Shown one piece after another: positions 26,505 through 32,000 of a DNA stretch of 32,000 nt. The DNA is from Candidatus Saccharimonas aalborgensis (lineage in GTDB: Bacteria; Patescibacteriota; Saccharimonadia; Saccharimonadales; Saccharimonadaceae), in NCBI RefSeq assembly GCF_000392435.1, contig NC_021219.1, positions 270,001-302,000 on the forward strand, given 5' to 3'. A program made the translations under genes and the position numbers. A model generated the notes under the pieces. That model saw only the letters and a list, made by a program, of their open reading frames with translations, searched no databases and was not told the DNA's origin. Position 1 is the stretch's first letter. Each line of letters opens with the position of its first letter.

Positions 26505-27863
26505 ATGTTAAAAAAACTTTTACTGTTCGTTGCAATTATTATTGGTTCGTTTGTTCAAAGCTCTCCTTCACAAGCCCTCTCGCTCATTAACGGTCAAACG
26601 CATTTCTACACTGTCCAGTTCCGTAGCGATAGCCGTGCGATTGTGTATGCAAAGTTCGTGTTCCAAAATAGTAGTATGACCGTCAGTCGCGATACCTACA
26701 CATTCACCTTGCCTGACGGCATATCAGTAGAAAACCTCACTACAGACCAAATCCTTGTCAAGTCGAACCCGGTTGTTGTTCGTTGCATCAAGGAGCCGTG
26801 TCCCGAATCTCTTCCTGCGGATGACACATACAGTGACAATACGGACTTCCTGAGTTCATCATCCGCAAATTATTACGATTACTACTCCCCAAGTTACCGC
26901 TACACATCTGCCTACACTTACCAACCACTTAGCTACGATACGTCCGGTACAACCTATACACTAAAACTCGCTCATCCCATCAAACCCGGCAAACAGGGAG
27001 CAATTCTGGTCACATTCACAACCGATAGCTATGCCAAAAGCATGTTTGGCCGTTTCTCGTACACCTTCAAAACTCTCAAAACTGATGAGTTGATCGATAA
27101 CGCTAATGTTGCGATCGTGTTTGACCAAGAGCTCTACTCCAGAGATGTTACCCAAAAACGGACGACAGATTCCTCAAGCACACCCACAATCAACAGCGGA
27201 GCCTCGACGTCCTCTACGGGTAAATCACTCGACTCTCTCATCGGTACGATTGGACGGGGCGGAGCCTACACTAGGGTACAGAGCAGACTGTTACCAGGTG
27301 ACATTATGTCTGTTTCGGGGGTATACGCTACAACTCCATTTATGCTCTATTTCACTGAGATTATCGTCTGGTGTCTCGTGCTAATTGCCGTCATTGCTGC
27401 TGCATGGGTTGGTCGACAGATGTGGCATTTACGTCACCCCAAGTCTGTCAGTTCCGACCATACTCATGATACTCAGCATGCAGCAGTATCGGCTTCTTCA
27501 CCGCAGCGACACCTCACAAGCCTGCATCTTTTGGCTGTTTCTGCAGCCAGCGCAGCAGGCTCCATCATTACCGTCATTATCATTATCGGTCTGGCATCAC
27601 TCCACGGAAATAGTTGGTCGTGGAGCATAGGTGAGCAAATTGTCTTGACGCTGTATAGCCTATCTGCATTCTTTATGACAATGTTTGCATTCCCCTATAG
27701 CTACCTGTCGAGGATAAATAGACAGCAGCTATTTAGCTGGTTCATCATTCATTTTGTTGTTATCACGATACTCACACTCTGCGCCATGCTCATCCTAAGT
27801 GCGATCAATCAACATTCGGCGCCTATTCCTGCCATTGGCACAATCGACGATCGTGTTTACTAA
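26505..27863 (+). CDS. Secreted/membrane-anchored protein with signal peptide and C-terminal TM helices, unknown function
   Basis: Starts MLKKLLLFVAIIIGSFVQ after a GAGGAGA ribosome-binding site; long extracytoplasmic domain; helices near the C-terminus. Confidence 0.83.
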   Translation: MLKKLLLFVAIIIGSFVQSSPSQALSLINGQTHFYTVQFRSDSRAIVYAKFVFQNSSMTVSRDTYTFTLPDGISVENLTTDQILVKSNPVVVRCIKEPCPESLPADDTYSDNTDFLSSSSANYYDYYSPSYRYTSAYTYQPLSYDTSGTTYTLKLAHPIKPGKQGAILVTFTTDSYAKSMFGRFSYTFKTLKTDELIDNANVAIVFDQELYSRDVTQKRTTDSSSTPTINSGASTSSTGKSLDSLIGTIGRGGAYTRVQSRLLPGDIMSVSGVYATTPFMLYFTEIIVWCLVLIAVIAAAWVGRQMWHLRHPKSVSSDHTHDTQHAAVSASSPQRHLTSLHLLAVSAASAAGSIITVIIIIGLASLHGNSWSWSIGEQIVLTLYSLSAFFMTMFAFPYSYLSRINRQQLFSWFIIHFVVITILTLCAMLILSAINQHSAPIPAIGTIDDRVY

Positions 27864-28039
27864 AAAACTCCCTTGCTGAGGGAGCACCCGGAAGGATATC
27901 GCTGCGCTCCTTCGCTCAAAAGGGACACGTGCGAGCACGAGTTTCTTTTTTCGCTACGCCGAACCTTGACGGTTCTCGCATTCTTGCAGAATGCTACCAA
28001 GAGAATAGACCCATCGTTGATGAGTCTATTCTCTTGGTA
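27862..28039 (-). ncRNA. Candidate structured RNA ending in a Rho-independent terminator
   Basis: Minus strand has consecutive stems 28039-28024/28010-27995, 27994-27988/27984-27978, 27975-27971/27965-27961, 27939-27935/27932-27928, 27913-27908/27896-27891 and terminator CTCCCT-CAGCA-AGGGAG-TTTTTT. Confidence 0.5.
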
Positions 28040-28406
28040 CACCACTGATAAGAAAGTTTACACACAACTCAAGCAAGAAGGTAGACGCTGGCGAGAGATA
28101 TTAGACCCTATGTACAGAGAGTATAAATTACAGATACACAGTCGTGATTAGTATATTCCCAGCCTGAATGTACACCTAGTAATAGAAGTATAAGTAAGTG
28201 TCTAAGTTTTTAGATGTTTGTTTGTGTTTCTATTGTTTGTTGCATACGTGGGGTGGCGTAGGGGCAGCCAAGCCTAGCAGTGCAAGTCCTGTTTATGGGC
28301 TACTACTGTATGCCATAAGCATAACATAAGCAAAAAACTAAAACTCAATACTTCTACCCCTGTAAATCGGCGGATTCCTAGCGGTTTTGGGTATCTACGT
28401 GCATAT

Positions 28407-29180
28407 TCATTTGACGGTGTTAGCTTTCAGTGCCGTAACAATACCCTGAGTTTCTATAGCCTGATTGAGATTGGTTATAACTGAGGTATTCTCCATCAAT
28501 AATATGAGGTCATTTTTATCCTTACCCATCGTTTCATTCATCAACTTCGAGTATTCCCACAGCAGTGTACCGCCTAGGTTCCCTGAATTGGCATTTGAAA
28601 GAGGTAAACTTCCATATTTTCTAGACAGTTCACCTATTAGTCTATTAAGTTCAGTGTATGCTTTTTGCTCAAGTTCTGGGGGATTGCTGTTTTTTGCTAT
28701 TGTTCGCAATACCTCACTAATAAACTCTCGGCTTTTGCGAGGCTCAACAGATGCGTCTTGAAGCTCTCGCATGAGCATTATAATGCAGAATCCCATGATC
28801 CGAACTACAAGGGTGTTCGCTTGAGCCTCTGTTAGATGGTGTTTTTCTTGTAAATCATTAACTATTCTTATTGTTACGCCTTGCAAAATTGTGCCATAAG
28901 CATCAGGATTTTTCGTTCTTGCTGTGGTTTTTGTCTGTTCTTTCGTGGGATTAGATTTACTATGCCTAGAGATAGTGCGTTGCTTGGTGCTACTGTGTCG
29001 CTCATTTTTTCGTGTCCACGATAAACCAAATCCACGCAGTATGATAACTAATGCACAAGCCTGAATAATGCTAACCATTAGACCACCGCCAATCTGTGAG
29101 CGTAGTGATGTTATGGCAACTAATAAGATTATGCCTACAATAATGAGGGGTATGTTCTTAGTTCTGTTCTTGGTCTTCAT
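28407..29180 (-). CDS. Uncharacterised protein with two N-terminal hydrophobic helices
   Basis: 257 aa, continuous ORF, MKTKNRTKNIPLIIVGIILLVAI start. Confidence 0.75.
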   Translation of the reverse strand: MKTKNRTKNIPLIIVGIILLVAITSLRSQIGGGLMVSIIQACALVIILRGFGLSWTRKNERHSSTKQRTISRHSKSNPTKEQTKTTARTKNPDAYGTILQGVTIRIVNDLQEKHHLTEAQANTLVVRIMGFCIIMLMRELQDASVEPRKSREFISEVLRTIAKNSNPPELEQKAYTELNRLIGELSRKYGSLPLSNANSGNLGGTLLWEYSKLMNETMGKDKNDLILLMENTSVITNLNQAIETQGIVTALKANTVK

Positions 29181-29197
29181 TTGCTTGCCTTCTCCTA

Positions 29198-29851
29198 CTA
29201 TGGGTTACAGTTTATTGATGATAGATTCTGGTAATACTGAGTCTGTAGCTGTGCAAGCCTCGCATCGTGAGCAGGCTTGTTTTCGTTAATCATACTCTGG
29301 ACATAGCCGCTAAATGCTCCGCCGACACCGTTTCCAGCAGCGTAGTTGTTCCAAGCCTCTATCTGGTTATACCAAATAGCATTTTCTGCATTCACCTTTG
29401 AATTGTAGAGGCTTGTATATGATGACTTCATAGTCTCGTTACACGTTGGAGCAGTGACGGGGGTCGGGGCTATAGTCGTAGTTGTAGTTTGCTGTGGGGT
29501 TGTAGGAGTTTGCGTTGGCTGAGTCGTGGTAGTCTCGGTATTTTGTGTCGTTTTCTTTATTGGATTAGTGGCGACCGGTTCATTAGCTGTCTGCTCTGCT
29601 GGCGTTGTGTCTATCTGTTCGCTATCGCTAGACGTAAACGGCTTGCTATCAGTATCACCTGCAACATTGCCACTTTCGCTAGTCGTACTATGAGTTGATG
29701 TCTCGTTCTTGTTTGGCGTTGCCACCATTACCGCAACTGTCGCAGTACCTGCAATTATGCCAATAGCAGAAGCTACAATTACTAGCTGTATGACAAGGCT
29801 GCTCTCCTTGAAGAATGTAGTGAATCGTCCTAAATGGTGTGTGATTTTCAT
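29198..29851 (-). CDS. Single-TM extracytoplasmic protein with a Thr/Pro-rich linker and C-terminal Cys-bounded domain
   Basis: 217 aa; LVIQLVIVASAIGIIAGTATVAVMV; TTQPTQTPTTPQQTTTT; TCNETMKSSY...INCNP. Confidence 0.75.
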   Translation of the reverse strand: MKITHHLGRFTTFFKESSLVIQLVIVASAIGIIAGTATVAVMVATPNKNETSTHSTTSESGNVAGDTDSKPFTSSDSEQIDTTPAEQTANEPVATNPIKKTTQNTETTTTQPTQTPTTPQQTTTTTIAPTPVTAPTCNETMKSSYTSLYNSKVNAENAIWYNQIEAWNNYAAGNGVGGAFSGYVQSMINENKPAHDARLAQLQTQYYQNLSSINCNP

Positions 29852-29856
29852 ATTGT

Positions 29857-30780
29857 TTATCTGCTAACACGCACTAAACGTGTCTCACCATTATAAGTGA
29901 CTTTTAAATCAATGTTCTTTTCGTCATTTCTAACATCTGCTTTAATCTCGCCCTGTCTGGTTATGCCTTTGTTTATATCACCGCCTAGGTCAGATTGACT
30001 GTATGGCTTATAGGCATAATTAAAAGGTGGAACATAGCGGTCGCTTAATAATGAATCATAATCGAAGTGTGTTTCATCCGTCTTAAGTTCTCTCCCGCTA
30101 TCGGGTAGCAGAGAGATACTAATCTTTGAACTGTCCACATTACTATTAGCGGTCAATTCATAGTTGAGAGTTAATCGTTGATTATTTGCAATGTATTTAT
30201 TAATAGAGGTGCGTGAATCGTTTCTCCACTCACAATACCGCCTAGTGGGGTGGTCTTTTTCCCACTTTTCTTCATCATGGAACACCCATTTGCCAGTAGC
30301 CTCATTGAAATAATCTTCTGGTTGATTGTTATCTTCTGGGTATTTAGAACAATCCTCACTTACGCCCAAGTCTCCGTATCTGCTGACCTTATCTTGTGGA
30401 ACATTAATCTCTACAGTTTTAAACGAAGGTTCTTTTATAGATAGCGTAAAGTCTGAAAAATTAATTACATCACTAGTGCTATAAATCTTATCGTTTAGAT
30501 GTTGCTGGTACTTGTTGTAGGTAAAGAATCCGCCAGATACTAGCAGGAGTAGCAGGACTGGTAATACAAGCCATTTAATGGACTTCTTGCCCTTAGACCT
30601 AACTACGTTTACTGCAAAAAACGTATAAGCAGATAGTAAGATAATTGAACCCATAATCAGAGACAAGCCAATAGTGCTAGATGGGTCAATGAAGAAAGAT
30701 GGTATCAGAATACCTAATACAAGAATAGTTAATCCTATAACTACTAGGTGTACGGGTTTGATGCTTAGTTTTTTACTCAT
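29857..30780 (-). CDS. Membrane protein with three N-terminal helices and an extracytoplasmic domain, unknown function
   Basis: Start set at MSKKLSIKPVHLVVIGLTILVLG; 307 aa; the 32-aa N-terminal extension in the ORF track is not required. Confidence 0.75.
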   Translation of the reverse strand: MSKKLSIKPVHLVVIGLTILVLGILIPSFFIDPSSTIGLSLIMGSIILLSAYTFFAVNVVRSKGKKSIKWLVLPVLLLLLVSGGFFTYNKYQQHLNDKIYSTSDVINFSDFTLSIKEPSFKTVEINVPQDKVSRYGDLGVSEDCSKYPEDNNQPEDYFNEATGKWVFHDEEKWEKDHPTRRYCEWRNDSRTSINKYIANNQRLTLNYELTANSNVDSSKISISLLPDSGRELKTDETHFDYDSLLSDRYVPPFNYAYKPYSQSDLGGDINKGITRQGEIKADVRNDEKNIDLKVTYNGETRLVRVSR

Positions 30781-31152
30781 TTGTTTTGACTCCTTAAATA
30801 AAAAGCGACAACTCGCTAGGTTGTCTAGGCCAAACACAAAGAGCTGAGCTCCTGAGTCTTTCACGAGTTGCCGCATTTATAGCTCAACTACGTGTGAGAA
30901 CTCACACCATTCTTTGTGTATAACCTAGACAATTACAATTGTACAACATACCCCTCAAAACGCAAAACAGGCGTTCTAAAATAAAAGATGACTATCTACC
31001 CATTTCAACAATAAAAACGTCTAATTCGATTCAGGCTCAGGGGTGTTTCTTGCAATGTTGGGTATTCTAGCAGGGTCTATTTACTAGCATGAAAACATTG
31101 ACAATTCAATACTATTGTTGTCTATACTACAACATATTTTAGCATAAGCCTA

Positions 31153-31181
31153 TTGACTTTTAGCCTCAAGTTTGATATAAT
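31153..31181 (+). promoter_or_regulatory. Strong sigma70-like promoter
   Basis: TTGACT (31153-31158), 17-bp spacer, TATAAT (31176-31181). Confidence 0.75.
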
Positions 31182-31187
31182 ACCAGC

Positions 31188-31280
31188 ATAGTAAACGAAG
31201 CAATTTCGTAGACCACTCGGTCAAGTTCTATACTCACAATTAGCCCATCTAGGTGAATCACCTCGAATCGGGCATTTTTT
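31188..31280 (+). ncRNA. Small RNA or attenuated leader ending in a terminator
   Basis: Starts just after the promoter; ends in nested hairpin GCCC..GGTG..CACC..GGGC (31243-31273) followed by ATTTTTT. Confidence 0.5.
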
Positions 31281-31397
31281 ATTTTCAGCGAGTTTGCGTC
31301 TCGTTTGTGGGATTTGCTATATCAAAATATCTAATAACAACCATAAAGCATGCCTCAATATGCAGGTGTCAATTTGGTGTGGTCGAAAGGAATAAGA

Positions 31398-31523
31398 ATG
31401 ACCAACCAACAACCAGAAGATGAGCGTATAACACTCACAGAGATGTTAGAGATTATCTTCACAACCATACGGGAATACGAAGGCGAAACTGGTATTTTCC
31501 GAAACCATAATAAGAAGCAGTAG
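31398..31523 (+). CDS. Small ORF, 41 aa (MTNQQPEDERITLTEMLEIIFTTIREYEGETGIFRNHNKKQ)
   Basis: AAAGGAAT ribosome-binding-like sequence and ATG; found by manual translation. Confidence 0.5.
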   Translation: MTNQQPEDERITLTEMLEIIFTTIREYEGETGIFRNHNKKQ

Positions 31524-31528
31524 CTCGC

Positions 31529-31669
31529 ATGAATGGTGATATAGTGAGCCGTTATTTTGACGGTAATGTGCAGGATTTGAAGAAGTCCAAGCCTAGCCAA
31601 GAAGCACTGGAACAAGCTAGGTTTTTTCTCTCACTTTTTAAGCATCAAAAGTTGATTTTACAGGGGTGA
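31529..31669 (+). CDS. Small ORF, 46 aa (MNGDIVSRYFDGNVQDLKKSKPSQEALEQARFFLSLFKHQKLILQG)
   Basis: Begins 5 nt after the preceding small ORF; manual translation. Confidence 0.45.
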   Translation: MNGDIVSRYFDGNVQDLKKSKPSQEALEQARFFLSLFKHQKLILQG

Positions 31670-31809
31670 AAGAGTACAATTAGAAGTGCTACAATATAAT
31701 GACATTAGTTGAAGATACAGACGGCGGTTTCTGGTTTCCTGTCATTAGGATGTAGCACTAGGAGCCGCCGTTTGTGTATCTAAAACTAATTACAAGGAGT
31801 ATTAAAATA

Positions 31810-32000
31810 ATGAAAAACGACAATCAAAAAGTAAAGGCTATAGCACTCTGTCGAGTGTCTACGGTCAAGCAAGGTATTGAGGGGTCAAGCCTTGAAGCAC
31901 AAGAAACACGAGTTTATGACGCAGCAGCGTATTTTAACGCTGAGATAGTGAAGTTATGGAGCATTAAACAGTCTAGTCGCAAGGGTAAAAACTACCAACG
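31810..32000 (+). CDS. Serine recombinase/resolvase-family protein, N-terminus only (truncated by window end)
   Basis: MKNDNQKVKAIALCRVSTVKQGIEGSSLEAQ... carries the catalytic serine motif (CRVST.KQ). Confidence 0.85.
   Translation, partial: MKNDNQKVKAIALCRVSTVKQGIEGSSLEAQETRVYDAAAYFNAEIVKLWSIKQSSRKGKNYQ

Larger units (their letters stand above)
28000..32000. mobile_element. Putative integrated element, left boundary unresolved and right end outside the window
   Basis: Run of small/unknown genes of different character from the backbone, ending in a serine recombinase; no att sites identified. Confidence 0.45.

Noticed and set aside
27873-28151. 92-aa plus-strand ORF across the 27.9-28.0 kb hairpins
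   Set aside because: No clear ribosome-binding site and it spans strong stem-loops and a minus-strand terminator. The C-terminal part could be a gene remnant, but evidence is insufficient.
31355-31615. 86-aa minus-strand ORF opposite the small plus-strand ORFs
   Set aside because: No ribosome-binding site or recognisable composition; the plus-strand small ORFs lie in a promoter-led direction consistent with the recombinase.

Overview
The window is about 32 kb and looks like a Candidate Phyla Radiation chromosome, most likely Saccharibacteria/TM7-like. That placement is inferred from gene content and style and was not tested by phylogeny. The backbone carries tatD, metG, a type IV pilin, a YfiH/laccase-domain protein, rsmA, a DUF348/G5 plus tail-lysozyme-like cell-wall hydrolase, pcrA/uvrD, tpiA, pgk, pyk, a GH5 glucanase, a VIT/CCC1 transporter, an LPHTG repeat surface protein, a 7TM histidine kinase, an acyltransferase-like protein, a CheY-like regulator, folD and conserved membrane proteins. 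It also has intact tRNA-Glu(UUC) and tRNA-Lys(CUU) genes. The strongest unusual signals are non-coding. (1) Three copies of a ~90-nt element with three hairpins that show compensatory changes between copies. Each abuts tRNA-Glu or tRNA-Lys sequence, and two sit at the same T-loop position. Both intact tRNA genes lie between a truncated 5' tRNA piece and a 3' tRNA piece, and the truncated 5' copies have near-consensus sigma70 promoters. (2) A plus-strand promoter at 15566-15594 precedes a highly structured leader with a 25-bp helix, leading into (3) a sharply bounded GC-rich two-gene island at ~15.87-17.87 kb. (4) A minus-strand structured RNA with a canonical terminator at ~27.86-28.04 kb sits at the edge of (5) an AT-richer region ending in a truncated serine recombinase, probably an integrated element, with its own small RNA/attenuator-like features. 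No CRISPR array or rRNA was recognised.
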